53,239 nucleotides of DNA from Nitrospirota bacterium (lineage in GTDB: Bacteria > Nitrospirota > UBA9217). Below the pieces are notes generated by a model. The model was not told the DNA's origin. It was given only the letters and a program-made list of their open reading frames with translations, and did no database searches. The position numbers and the translations under genes were made by a program. Positions 37,728 to 48,064 of this stretch are shown one piece after another (positions within the stretch are counted from its first letter, which is position 1; each line of letters starts with the position of its first letter). The stretch covers positions 1 to 53,239 of the forward strand of contig DASPSR010000050.1 of the NCBI GenBank assembly GCA_035623825.1, read 5' to 3'.

Positions 37728-38213
37728 ATGCGATCTGTGCGACTGAAGATATGTTCTAGTATGAGCATGACACTCCCGTTGACGGCAGGTGCGCCTATCC
37801 TGGCGCTTGTTTTCCTGGCGCTGGTCGGAGGCTGCGCAAATCCCTTTCCGCAGGACCTGCTTGCTAAGGTCGAGAAGAATGTCACCTATCAGGAATTTCA
37901 GGATGCACCTGAGCAGTTTGATGGCAAACTCATGATGTTCGGTGGGGTGATCATCGAGACGAAGAATGCAGAGGACGGGGCCTGGATCATCGTCCTCGAG
38001 AAGCCGCTTGACAAGGAAGGCCGACCCGACTGGGCCGCTGAGAGCGGCGGACAGTTTCTGATAATAACAAAAGCATACCTTGATCTGGGTGCGTTCCGCC
38101 GGGGCCGCTCCATAACGGTGATTGGAGAATCCAAAGGATCAAAGTCGCTGCCACTCCTCGGAAGTGACTATTGGTATCCGCTCCTTGAAGCGCAGCAACT
38201 GCACCTTTGGTAG
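37728..38213 (+). CDS. Slp family outer-membrane lipoprotein
   Basis: Lipobox VGGC; FGGVII..PLD..GRP..SGGQF..GRSITVIG..YPLL..LHLW. Start uncertain. Confidence 0.82.
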   Translation: MRSVRLKICSSMSMTLPLTAGAPILALVFLALVGGCANPFPQDLLAKVEKNVTYQEFQDAPEQFDGKLMMFGGVIIETKNAEDGAWIIVLEKPLDKEGRPDWAAESGGQFLIITKAYLDLGAFRRGRSITVIGESKGSKSLPLLGSDYWYPLLEAQQLHLW

Positions 38214-38450
38214 AACGATACCCGTCGAATTCGCAAGCTTGTTTTTACACTTCCGACTTTATTATCACTTCCTGCATCCCAGTTTCGGCACTCCTTCTTG
38301 ATCTTTGCTATATTCTAATGGACCGGGGTGTTGCGGGGGGGTAAAAGCAATAAATGGACCCGCTCAGGAGCTATCCACTGGTTCTGATGCGAACCGCCGT
38401 TTGTTTAAGCGAGTCTTCCACAAGGGCTGTTCGGGAGGCCACGCAAAGCC

Positions 38451-39047
38451 ATGAAACTTAGTTTTATAGAGAGATGCATAGTCAACAACCCGATCCGCGC
38501 CGCGATTCAGAGACGCGTGGAAGGGCCGATGCTGCGAAAAATGGGAAGCCTGGAGCGTTATCCTCTCTGTCTTGAGATCGGCTGCGGCACGGGAATCGGT
38601 GCGCGGCTGATTGTTGATCAGTTTGGCGCAGAGAGAGTGGTAGCGACGGATATTGATCCCGAACAGATCAAACGGGCGGTACAATCTCACGAGCCGAAAT
38701 TCGCAGGCGCGATAGAATTCAGGGTAGCTGATGCCATGAATATGGACGAGCATGACGGGAAATTCGATGCGGTCTTCTCGTTTGGCGTCATTCACCATCT
38801 GGAAGATTGGAGGAAGGGGGTCAGCGAGGTATCGAGAGTTCTGAAAAGCGGAGGTGAATTTTTTTTCGAAGAACTGCTCCGTTCGCTCACGGGTAATATA
38901 CTTACGAAAATATTTACTCCTCATCCCGGAGGAGGAGAATTCGATTTTACCGAATTCAAGAAGGAACTGGGCAATTGCAATATTGATATAATTAAGGTAA
39001 GGAGCGTAGGGCAAATTGCTGTATTCGGCGTGGGGAAAAAGAGATGA
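38451..39047 (+). CDS. Class I SAM-dependent methyltransferase
   Basis: LEIGCGTG, FDAVFSFGVIHH, RVLKSGG. Confidence 0.9.
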   Translation: MKLSFIERCIVNNPIRAAIQRRVEGPMLRKMGSLERYPLCLEIGCGTGIGARLIVDQFGAERVVATDIDPEQIKRAVQSHEPKFAGAIEFRVADAMNMDEHDGKFDAVFSFGVIHHLEDWRKGVSEVSRVLKSGGEFFFEELLRSLTGNILTKIFTPHPGGGEFDFTEFKKELGNCNIDIIKVRSVGQIAVFGVGKKR

Positions 39048-39182
39048 AGGTCGTCGAGCATGCCGTGTGTATTCATAGTTAATGCAGGAAGCATCGTGGC
39101 GCATGAAAACTGGTCCTACTTGCTTCTCTCTAGTTTTTCTGGAAGAATCCTGAATACTGGAGCAGCCAAAGGAGGATTGAAT

Positions 39183-39335
39183 ATGCTGTGGACAATCGCT
39201 GTGGTACTGATAATTCTGTGGTTACTGGGATTTGTGAGTAATTACACGATGGGCGGATTTATCCACATATTGCTTGTAATTGCAATTGTAGTGGTCCTAA
39301 TCAGAGTCATTCAGGGGCGAAAAATTATAAAGTAG
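39183..39335 (+). CDS. lmo0937-family (DUF5670) small membrane protein
   Basis: MLWTIAVVLIILWLLG..GGFIHILLVIAIVVVLIRVIQGR; SD GGAGG. Confidence 0.9.
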   Translation: MLWTIAVVLIILWLLGFVSNYTMGGFIHILLVIAIVVVLIRVIQGRKIIK

Positions 39336-39484
39336 TCAATCTATGAGGGTCAGGCCGAAAGACCGGGAAAGAAGACATGATTGGAGCTCAAGAGACTTGA
39401 CGGGCTGAATAGGTTTTTGATACTCTCTAAATGGTTCCAGGCGATGGAGTCCGCCGGCTTTCGCATTCTGAGAGGAGGATAATC

Positions 39485-40087
39485 ATGAGAAATCTTCTCA
39501 TTGCGGCGCCTTTGCTGGTGCTAACTTCATGCGTAGTTAGTGATGGACACAATTTTGATTTCAGCAACGTTCCCAAGCTCGGCCTTCACCAAATGAAGGA
39601 CACAGAATACAATAATATTTTCGCGGAGCCTTGGAGAGAAGAGAAGACGACTACGGGCGATGCCAAATTTGACAACGTCAAATACTATTATGCGTCCGGA
39701 AATACATTTAGCGGCCGCGGTTCTGTACGGATTTTACTGTTAGAGTTCAAAGATGGACAGCTTAATGCCTATGATTATGCCAGTTCGTTTGATGAAGATA
39801 AGACACATATCGATTTGGCGGCTGTGAACAAGATCAAGATTGGAGTTTCTACAAAAGAAGATGTATTGATCGCACTGGGAAAACCTCACGGTAAAGCCCT
39901 CTGTCCCTCGGAGATTGCTATCTTTATGGATAAATGTGACAAGGCTATAGAGATATGGGGCTGGGGTGAATACGAAAAGAATTATACAAGGGTGAAGGAG
40001 AAACGTTCCAAGGTAACGGAAGTATTTGTGATGTTCGATAAAGAAGGCACAGTGAGGGACCTGAAGACCTATGTCATCACCAAATAG
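39485..40087 (+). CDS. Lipoprotein with SmpA/BamE-like domain(s)
   Basis: Lipobox LTSC; IKIGVSTKEDVLIALGKP..VMFDKEGTV; SD AGGAGG. Confidence 0.7.
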   Translation: MRNLLIAAPLLVLTSCVVSDGHNFDFSNVPKLGLHQMKDTEYNNIFAEPWREEKTTTGDAKFDNVKYYYASGNTFSGRGSVRILLLEFKDGQLNAYDYASSFDEDKTHIDLAAVNKIKIGVSTKEDVLIALGKPHGKALCPSEIAIFMDKCDKAIEIWGWGEYEKNYTRVKEKRSKVTEVFVMFDKEGTVRDLKTYVITK

Positions 40088-40258
40088 TCTATGGTGCGCG
40101 CTTTCTCTTTAAGTTTTCTTTTGTTACTGCCTCCCAGTAAAAATGCTCTCTCATCCGGATTTTCCAACAGACCCCGTCAACTTCGTTGACATCAGCCCCT
40201 AAATCAGGCATATATTCATGAAGGAATACGTGGTCCGCTTGCAGATTGAGGCCGTTAT

Positions 40259-43200
40259 ATGAAGGTAAGAACAAAGATACTGCATTGGGGCATAGGTGCG
40301 GCCGTAACCGCTTTTGTCCTTTTGCTGATCGCGTTTTTTCTCGCGACACCATTCATCAATTCCGCAACGATGAAGGCGAAAATCAAGACCCTCGTCTCAC
40401 AGCAAATAGGCGGGGAGGTGGAATTTCAGAGGATGGATCTGTCACTTTTCCCCAGCCCCCATGTGGTCATGTATCATCCCAGTTTTTCAATTCCTGCTGC
40501 GGTTTCCGGTACTCTTGAGTCCATACGCGTATATCCCCGCGTGTTTCCTCTTTTCCAGGGAAAGGTGCTCATTTCCAAGGTTCAGATCCAAGCGCCCGAT
40601 ATCAAGGTTATCCTCCCCGATGGGACAGGGAAAGAAAAACCAGAATCCGCCTCTCATGCAGACGTAAAGGAAACACTGAGGGAAGCTCTCGGATCACTGC
40701 AAACGATTGCACCCAACCTCGAATGCCAGATAGACAAAGGCGCATTCGTTCTTTCAAAAAAAAGCAATCCCGTTCTTTCTCTGCAGAACGCGAATGCGCG
40801 TTTTACCGTTTCACCGGGAAATATAGATATCGCGGTAAAGGCACATTCTGAACCCGGGGGACCTGTCTCCTTGAGCTTCGGGATTTCCTATGATGATGAC
40901 AGGGTAGAAGTTAAAGACCTTTACGGCACATTGGGACGTTCATCTGTTTCTGGCCTTTCAGCGCGACTTGATCTGGCGAAAACTCCTTTCATCGAAGTGC
41001 CCTCGGGAAAGGCAACTATTTCGCTTGATGAACTCTACCCGTTGCTTTCGTCAATTGAGGGCCAGGGCCCTCTTATCAGGGAGATAAGGTCCTTAAAAGG
41101 TGTTGTCAATGTTTCATCTATGAACTTTGCGGGACCGATATCACAGCCTACACGGGAGCGGATGCTGGTCACTGGTGACGTTGCAAACGTTATCGTGGAT
41201 TCGATATTGCTCCCAGTCCCCCTTACACTGGGCGGAAGGTTTTCCCTCGATAGGGATGGCATTGGCGTCAACGATCTGGCAGCCTCGGCGGGAAGATCTT
41301 CCGCCTCTGGTGTCTCGGCACGGTTCGCCTGGAGGAAAAACCAACGCATCGAGGTAAATGCGGGCAGGGCTGTGATTGCTCTCGACCAGGCCTATCAATG
41401 GCGTTCTTCGTTTCCAGGCTTGGAAAATCTGCTGAAAGACGTGACAGGGCTCAAAGGTACGGTAAAACTCTCGTCCATAAACATTGCCGTCCCACTTTCG
41501 GGACCCGGAACGTGGAAGTTGAGTGCAGCCGGCAGAGTAGACAACATTGTCATCGATTCACCGCTTCTTCCTTCGCCTCTATCGGCCACAGGAGGATTCA
41601 CCGCAGGGCGAGATGATCTGGAGATCGGCGGCTTGTCAGCCTCCCTCGGCGAGTCTTCAATTTCTGAAGTGTCAGCCCGTCTGGCCTGGAAGGCGCGTCC
41701 ATCTCTTGTGATCGGTTCCGGCAAGGCTGTAATCGCTCTCGGCGAAGTCTATCAATTGCGTTCCCAATATAGCGGTTTAAATGAAGCCCTGAAGGACTTA
41801 AAAGCGTTATCGGGCACGGTAAAGTTCTCTTCGATGCATGTTACGGTATCATTCCCTCCGGACGGGGCATTGCAGATAGCAGCGGCGGGCAGCATGGAGA
41901 ATATTAGTTTTGATTCGTCTCTTCTTCCTGGCCCGGGTGCTATCTCTCGAGGGAATTTCAACCTGGAGCCGGGAAAACTTTCTTTTGACGATGTACATGC
42001 CGCTATGCTGGATGCATCCATCACCTTGTCAGGTTCTCTCAAGGACCCCCTGAAAAGCATGGAAGCCGCTGACCTCTCGCTTAAGGGGACGGTGGGAAAA
42101 GAGAGTATGCAGTGGGCTTTTAAGACATTTACTTTACCGCCCAAACTCTTCGTGCGTGCTCCAGTGCTTCTTTCGGATATCCATCTGATATGGCAGAAAT
42201 CGGCCGAAATATCACTTTCGGGCACATTGACTGTTTCTGACGGCCCAACCATTTCACTTGACCTGTACCGGAGCCCCAAAGAACTCGCTGTCCGTAAGGC
42301 CATGATAAAAGATCAAGATACCGACGCAACACTTATGTTTAGACGGCAGGAGACATCCACAGAGCTTTCCTTTTCGGGGACTTTGTCAGAGACAACCCTG
42401 ACTAGAATATTTGTGAACCTGATATTTGGAAAGGGAAAGGTAGAGGGCAAATTGCGAGCGAACATCCCTGCCGACCGGCCCCTGAATTTCGCGGCAGAGG
42501 GCGTCATTGATGGGGATGACGTCGTTATCCCGTGGCACCTGGGGCCACCGTTGAAAGTAGACCGTTTTATGCTCCATGCCGACAAGGGCGTTCTCACCGT
42601 GGATTCGGCGTCGTTGACTTGGGGGAGTTCCAGCGGCACCCTGAAAGGGAACGCGAGAGCTTCGGAAGAAGGGTTTATTCTGGATATGGATCTTGATTCG
42701 GACGGTATCAACGTAAACGAAATAGAGCAAACTATCGCAACAACATCATCAGAGAATAAGGGCGAGGAGAAAAACAGCGACACCGCACTTCCCATAGGCG
42801 AGCAAGAGGAAAGGACGAGCATGCTCGCCATTCACGGGACCTTTCGGGTCAACTCTGCCTCCGTGATCTACGACCGGTATACATTCAAACCTGTGAAGGC
42901 TATCATCACCCTCGCTCCTGAAGGCATGGACGCTGCCATCACCGAGTCAACGGTGTGCGGCGTGGCCATCACCGGCATGTTTGCCACTTCCCATGGGAAC
43001 GTGCAGCTGACTTTCAAACCGAAAGCAGAACAACAACAATTAGGATCCGCCATTTCTTGCCTAGCGGGAGAGCGTGTCAAAACGACGGGAACATTCAATC
43101 TGAGCGCCGACATCGAAATGAGCGGCAAGAGCGAGACCCTGCTCTCCTCCCTCGAAGGAGGAATTGATTTTAAGGCAAAGGACGGGAAAATTTATTACGC

Positions 43201-43684
43201 CCCCGTACTGGCAAGGATATTCTCGCTTCTGAGCGTAACTGAAATTTTCCGGTTGAAGCCGCCTCAGCTGGGAGGAAACGGATTCCCCTATCATTCCATG
43301 GCTCTTCAAGGGAAACTGCATAAAGGCAAGTTCATGGTGGAAAAAGCATATATCGGCGGATCTTCCCTGCACATTATCGGTCAGGGAGATGTTGATATCG
43401 CCGGGAATAAGGCGGACCTTGTTGTACTTGTGTCGCCTTTTTCAGGCATAGACTCGTTCATAAGGCATATTCCACTTATCGGAAAACCTCTTAGCAAAGC
43501 TCTTGGCGGCACCGTCGTCTCCGTCCCTGTTAAGGTATCTGGTGATCTTGCCAATCCGAACGTCACCTTTCTGGCTCCTTCAGCAGTGGGGAAGAGGACC
43601 CTTGATCTCATGAAAAATATCGTGGAACTCCCCGTTGAGCTTATATCACCTATAATGCCCCCGGAGAAAAAAGGCACAAAATAA
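40259..43684 (+). CDS. AsmA-like (bridge-type lipid transfer) protein with three internal repeats
   Basis: N-terminal TM anchor, beta-rich body, AsmA-like C-terminus (GQGDVDI..IPLIG..VKVSGDLANPNV). Confidence 0.85.
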   Translation: MKVRTKILHWGIGAAVTAFVLLLIAFFLATPFINSATMKAKIKTLVSQQIGGEVEFQRMDLSLFPSPHVVMYHPSFSIPAAVSGTLESIRVYPRVFPLFQGKVLISKVQIQAPDIKVILPDGTGKEKPESASHADVKETLREALGSLQTIAPNLECQIDKGAFVLSKKSNPVLSLQNANARFTVSPGNIDIAVKAHSEPGGPVSLSFGISYDDDRVEVKDLYGTLGRSSVSGLSARLDLAKTPFIEVPSGKATISLDELYPLLSSIEGQGPLIREIRSLKGVVNVSSMNFAGPISQPTRERMLVTGDVANVIVDSILLPVPLTLGGRFSLDRDGIGVNDLAASAGRSSASGVSARFAWRKNQRIEVNAGRAVIALDQAYQWRSSFPGLENLLKDVTGLKGTVKLSSINIAVPLSGPGTWKLSAAGRVDNIVIDSPLLPSPLSATGGFTAGRDDLEIGGLSASLGESSISEVSARLAWKARPSLVIGSGKAVIALGEVYQLRSQYSGLNEALKDLKALSGTVKFSSMHVTVSFPPDGALQIAAAGSMENISFDSSLLPGPGAISRGNFNLEPGKLSFDDVHAAMLDASITLSGSLKDPLKSMEAADLSLKGTVGKESMQWAFKTFTLPPKLFVRAPVLLSDIHLIWQKSAEISLSGTLTVSDGPTISLDLYRSPKELAVRKAMIKDQDTDATLMFRRQETSTELSFSGTLSETTLTRIFVNLIFGKGKVEGKLRANIPADRPLNFAAEGVIDGDDVVIPWHLGPPLKVDRFMLHADKGVLTVDSASLTWGSSSGTLKGNARASEEGFILDMDLDSDGINVNEIEQTIATTSSENKGEEKNSDTALPIGEQEERTSMLAIHGTFRVNSASVIYDRYTFKPVKAIITLAPEGMDAAITESTVCGVAITGMFATSHGNVQLTFKPKAEQQQLGSAISCLAGERVKTTGTFNLSADIEMSGKSETLLSSLEGGIDFKAKDGKIYYAPVLARIFSLLSVTEIFRLKPPQLGGNGFPYHSMALQGKLHKGKFMVEKAYIGGSSLHIIGQGDVDIAGNKADLVVLVSPFSGIDSFIRHIPLIGKPLSKALGGTVVSVPVKVSGDLANPNVTFLAPSAVGKRTLDLMKNIVELPVELISPIMPPEKKGTK

Positions 43685-43832
43685 CATAAAAAGCATCATG
43701 GGCATTTTACCGATGAGTAAATCGGACACACGGTACCGCTGTAAGATACTTTGCCTAGCAGACTTTTGAGGCGCCTGGAAGGAAAGGCACAGTTTTATCT
43801 CCATCCTTCAATGTGGCGCTGATGAGAAAACG

Positions 43833-44981
43833 CTAAATCGGCCTTGCGGGAGTTTGAACGGGACGCGTCCTGATGAAGCTCTCCGTGGATTCCCTTCTCA
43901 GCTTATCCCGATGGTGTTCCAGCAGGATTCCCACGGTCTTCTGTGCAGCAGTGACGACGGGGACCCCCAGTATCATGCCCATGATGCCGAAGAGTTTCTC
44001 CCCCACGATTAACGTGATCACGAGGATCATGGGATGGAGGTGCACGCCTTTCCCGATCAGCAGCGGCTGTATAACGAGATCGTCCATAAGTTTTATGACG
44101 AGATACAGGGCAACCACATTCAATAAGGGATCAAAGCTGCGATACTGCATCAGCGCGACGAGGGATGATGCTGTGCATCCGACAACAGGGCCAAAATACG
44201 GGATAATATTTGCCACGCCGCTCAAGATGCCGAGCGCGATGGGAGAGTTGATCCCGATGAGCCAGAGCCCCGCCGAAGCGAGTGCTCCTACAGCAAAACA
44301 GTCAGCAGCGAGTCCGCGGAGATACTTTCCAACGAGTATATTGATCTCTTCAATTACGGAAATGATTGTTTCCACGTACGAAGGAGGAACCCAGCCCATC
44401 ATCCTTTTCATCATGCCCGGCCAGTCCTTAAGGAGAAAAAACACGAAGAAAGGGACGAGAATGAGCGCCATAATAAGTGGCGGTGCCTGCATGATGATCT
44501 CTGAAGCGTTGAGTGACCGTTCGAGAAATCCGTCTGGACCGAACACGATATCGACAAGTTTCATAATACTTGACTCAATGATAGGATATTTTTCTGCATT
44601 GCTTTGCGCGATTGACAGGAGAGCATCTTGTATTTGATGCGAGAACTCGGGAAGCTTTGCATAGAAATTCATGACATCCAGATTAATATTGGGTATGAAA
44701 ATAAGGTCTGCTGCGACTACGAATGCGGCGCTGAAAACAAAGAGCAGGATGACCGCCACGCTCCTCTTGATCCCGAGCCTTTCAATGGAAGCAATAACAG
44801 AATTGAGGATATATGCAATGACGGCTGCAGCTGTCAGCAATATGATGAGCTGCGTAACGCGGGAAACGATGACTGCCGCCACAGCGAGAGCCAGGATAAT
44901 AAGAACCCACCCCGGCATCTGATTACGGAGCTTTCGCAAATCGGTCAGCGAGGCGCCACCCTTATGTCTTTCATCAGTCAT
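43833..44981 (-). CDS. AI-2E family transporter
   Basis: AYILN.., KYLRG, NIIPYFGP, QPLLIGKGVHLHP and GMILGVP motifs. Confidence 0.92.
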   Translation of the reverse strand: MTDERHKGGASLTDLRKLRNQMPGWVLIILALAVAAVIVSRVTQLIILLTAAAVIAYILNSVIASIERLGIKRSVAVILLFVFSAAFVVAADLIFIPNINLDVMNFYAKLPEFSHQIQDALLSIAQSNAEKYPIIESSIMKLVDIVFGPDGFLERSLNASEIIMQAPPLIMALILVPFFVFFLLKDWPGMMKRMMGWVPPSYVETIISVIEEINILVGKYLRGLAADCFAVGALASAGLWLIGINSPIALGILSGVANIIPYFGPVVGCTASSLVALMQYRSFDPLLNVVALYLVIKLMDDLVIQPLLIGKGVHLHPMILVITLIVGEKLFGIMGMILGVPVVTAAQKTVGILLEHHRDKLRRESTESFIRTRPVQTPARPI

Positions 44982-45002
44982 GTCGTTATCTTGTTAGACG
45001 CT

Positions 45003-45485
45003 TCATTCGGGCTGGTTACGGTGTATGTAATCCGACAGAATCTCTGCGAGGTTTAGCAGAATTCCCGTAGAGATCGCATTATTGCGCCTGAGAAGATCGT
45101 CAAAGTACGATTTATACATGATCAAAAGGAGCGAATCCTGTTCAGCCACAGCAGTCGCAAAGCGTGAAGTTTGGCCTATGAGGGCGAGTTCGCCAAACTG
45201 GGAGCCCGGGCCTAAAACGTGCAGCGTCTTGTTCTCCGGATTCGACTCTTTGACTATTTTTACAGATCCCTCGAGGATCACATAGACCGCTTTCCCGATT
45301 TCTCCCTCGTGAAAGATAATATCTCCCGCTGTATATTTTTTTTCAACGAGGTCGATAAGCAGTTTTCTGAGCAACTTCTTGCCCATGCCCTTAAAGAGGG
45401 GACCTTTGCTGAGTGTTTGGAGATGGGATTCTCTCGTCGTGTCCAGCGTCCAAGTAAAGTATCTTCTCACTATTTGTGTGATCAT
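45003..45485 (-). CDS. Stand-alone cyclic-nucleotide-binding domain protein
   Basis: IFHEGEIG..YVILEGSV..FGELALI..RFATAVA; no HTH. Start uncertain. Confidence 0.85.
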   Translation of the reverse strand: MITQIVRRYFTWTLDTTRESHLQTLSKGPLFKGMGKKLLRKLLIDLVEKKYTAGDIIFHEGEIGKAVYVILEGSVKIVKESNPENKTLHVLGPGSQFGELALIGQTSRFATAVAEQDSLLLIMYKSYFDDLLRRNNAISTGILLNLAEILSDYIHRNQPE

Positions 45486-45738
45486 AGAGTAAAATTCTAC
45501 CGCAACTGAGGGGCTTCTGGCAATATTTATTATAAAAAACAAAGGGTAACCATGAATGATGCTTCTTAGTAACTTCACCCTCCGCAGCAGCGGTTCTGTA
45601 GGTGCGGCGCCGGATAATCCCGCCGCAAGCTGGTCAAACAGGCTTAGACTTTAGTATATCACAACCATCATCGTGGGCGTTAGATCATTCAGAGGAGTCT
45701 GATTTTTCTGTGATGGGTCAGGGCAAACAGTGGTGATC

Positions 45739-45794
45739 ACGCGAAGGCCAAAGAATAACGATTTCTTCTCGTAACCTTCGCCAAGCATTCCTTC
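45739..45794. repeat. Dispersed intergenic repeat, copy A
   Basis: 45/57 columns identical (hand alignment, one gap) to 51752-51808. Confidence 0.7.
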
Positions 45795-45918
45795 CCGCAA
45801 TCCGCTGCGATTGCATTATCCCGAAATTGCATGGTACAATTAGCAATAACCGGGCGGGCGTCGCGGACGATATATGGCTATTCAACTGAATTGATCCACC
45901 TCAAAAGGACCCAGATAT

Positions 45919-46338
45919 ATGTTTGAGCACCATTCAAAACCCGTGCTTCCTCGCGCTGCCTTTTTGAGGCGCCTTGTCCGCCATGGCTTTATGGCGCTCA
46001 CCATAGTCCTCGCATCTCTCGCGGCCGGCATTGCCGGCTATCACTATTTCGAAGGTCTGCCCTGGATGGACGCCTTCGTTAACGCCGCCATGATCCTGGG
46101 TGGCATGGGCCCGGTCAACGAACTACACACGACTGCAGGCAAGTTGTTTGCCGGCTGCTACGCACTATACTCGGGCATGGTTTTCCTCGTGGCTGCAGGT
46201 GTATTGTTTGCCCCGGTTGTACACCGGTTTTTACATCACTTTCACTTGGAGATATCCGCGGCCGATACAAAGCAGGATCTGCAGCGGCAGAAAGGCGACT
46301 TGCCCGCGAAAACACGCGCCCGATCGGGTAATGGATAA
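45919..46338 (+). CDS. Small 2-TM potassium-channel-like membrane protein
   Basis: TM-pore-TM layout (EGLPWMDAFVNAAMILGGMGP..TAGKLFAGCYAL); His-rich tail. Confidence 0.72.
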   Translation: MFEHHSKPVLPRAAFLRRLVRHGFMALTIVLASLAAGIAGYHYFEGLPWMDAFVNAAMILGGMGPVNELHTTAGKLFAGCYALYSGMVFLVAAGVLFAPVVHRFLHHFHLEISAADTKQDLQRQKGDLPAKTRARSGNG

Positions 46339-46366
46339 TGTTTAGCGTTAAAAAATAGTGTTTTCA

Positions 46367-48064
46367 TTATCTTTTAAATATCGGGAAATAGAGACTGAAT
46401 GTCGTTCCTGCCCCGACTTCGCTGACGACGCGGATGAATCCACCATGGTCATCTAGGACCTTTTTGGCAATGGAGAGACCCAGCCCCGTCCCTTTCAGAA
46501 ACACTTTGGTAGTAAAAAAGGGCTCAAAAATCTTGCTTAAATTATCCTCTTGGATTCCATGGCCCGTATCCCGTATCTTAAGCGTCGCATATGTTGAGTC
46601 TGACACATTTTCCCTATCCGTTATGACGGTAAGTGTGCCCCCCCTTGGCATTGCGTCAACCGCATTAGAGAGAAGATTTTCTATCGCCTGTAGAACTTGC
46701 ACGTCATTCCCGATTATGGACGGCGTATCGTGATAGTCCCTGTTAATAGTGATGGACTTTTCCTTACAGATGTCTTCATACATGGTTAATGCTTTCTCGA
46801 TTATTTGAGATAGGTCGCATTCTTCCCGCCGGCCGGCGTCTCGACGAGAGAATAGGAGAACGTTCTGCAGAACATTTTCCAATCTGACTGCTTCCGTGTA
46901 TATCAAACCGGCGTATTTCTTCTCTTTTGACCCTGTCTGAAGTGCGTCGAGCAGCCGATTTGCAAAACCACCGATGACCATTAGAGGGTTTTTGATTGTG
47001 TGGGAAACATTGGCTGTTATGCGTCCGAGCGCCGCAAGTTTTTCATTCTCGGCGAGCTGCTCCTGAAGCCGGGATTTCTCGGCTTCTGTCTGATGGCGGT
47101 TGATCAGGATCGCAAGTGAATTTGCGATCGCTGAAAGGAACTCTTCTTCCTCTTCAATGCGCTCGTGATCGTCCGGTATCGTGACATTGATCAATCCAAG
47201 GGGCCTTTCGCCAAACACAATGGGCACGCAATACCGGGTGGCAGATCCGACGGCAGTGGATTGAATATCATACGGTTCGTCAATACAACCGGTCCCAATT
47301 ATCGGGCAGGCCGGCACCTCATCGGAAGGAGCGCCTCTTTTCAGAGAAATCGACTTGCAGGAAATGGCCTCATCGGCGGAAAAACCATGCATGGCTGCCA
47401 GCAACAGCATATCAGTCTTCTGTTCGAGAAGATGAATGCTTGCACGCGTATGCATGGCAAAGCGGGGAATCGTGAGGATGAGATCAAGAACGGAATTGAT
47501 TTGCTCTTTGAGCGGCCCGGATTCCAAGGATATTTTTAGCACTGAACTGATGGCTTTTTGGACCTGGAGATTCAACTCCATCCTGTGCTCGACTCTTTTA
47601 TAGTCCGTAATGTCTTTAACCACAGCCATAGCGACCACATCATCATCGGTTCCCAGAAAGCTCAGGCTGATGTCAATGGGGAATTCCGTGCCGTCCTTTC
47701 TTAAGCCGAAAAGCTCGAGCCCGCTTCCCATTTGGCGGATGTGAGGGTCAGCGAAGAAGTTCGTCACGTTCATCCGGTGGTGAGCGCGAAAACGACGGGG
47801 TACGAGAATCTCCACATTTTCCCCTATCATCTCACTTTTGGACCACCCGAACAGATTCTCCATTCGGGCATTGGCATGAATAATAGTGCCTTCCCTGCTG
47901 ACGAGCACAAGACCGTTCGGCAGTGACTGAAGAAGTTGCTCATACTGCTGTGTAGACAGCTGCAGTCTATTAACGGCTGTTTCCCGTTCCTTGATATTTT
48001 CCGCCGTTTTATGCTGTCCTGAAGTAATACATTCGCTTGATGTACAGATTGCTGACATGGGCAT
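46367..48064 (-). CDS. Cytoplasmic PAS-GAF sensor histidine kinase
   Basis: PAS (GLRKDGTEFPIDISLS), GAF, H-box SHTIKNPL, N box NLLSNAVDA, DTGHGI, FEPFFTTK and GTGLGL. Confidence 0.92.
   Translation of the reverse strand: MPMSAICTSSECITSGQHKTAENIKERETAVNRLQLSTQQYEQLLQSLPNGLVLVSREGTIIHANARMENLFGWSKSEMIGENVEILVPRRFRAHHRMNVTNFFADPHIRQMGSGLELFGLRKDGTEFPIDISLSFLGTDDDVVAMAVVKDITDYKRVEHRMELNLQVQKAISSVLKISLESGPLKEQINSVLDLILTIPRFAMHTRASIHLLEQKTDMLLLAAMHGFSADEAISCKSISLKRGAPSDEVPACPIIGTGCIDEPYDIQSTAVGSATRYCVPIVFGERPLGLINVTIPDDHERIEEEEEFLSAIANSLAILINRHQTEAEKSRLQEQLAENEKLAALGRITANVSHTIKNPLMVIGGFANRLLDALQTGSKEKKYAGLIYTEAVRLENVLQNVLLFSRRDAGRREECDLSQIIEKALTMYEDICKEKSITINRDYHDTPSIIGNDVQVLQAIENLLSNAVDAMPRGGTLTVITDRENVSDSTYATLKIRDTGHGIQEDNLSKIFEPFFTTKVFLKGTGLGLSIAKKVLDDHGGFIRVVSEVGAGTTFSLYFPIFKR

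Noticed and set aside
38211-38260. Pyrrolysine readthrough of the Slp TAG
   Set aside because: Downstream frame does not resemble an Slp tail and no pyl genes are visible.
43873-44637. 254-aa plus-strand ORF
   Set aside because: Antisense to the AI-2E transporter.
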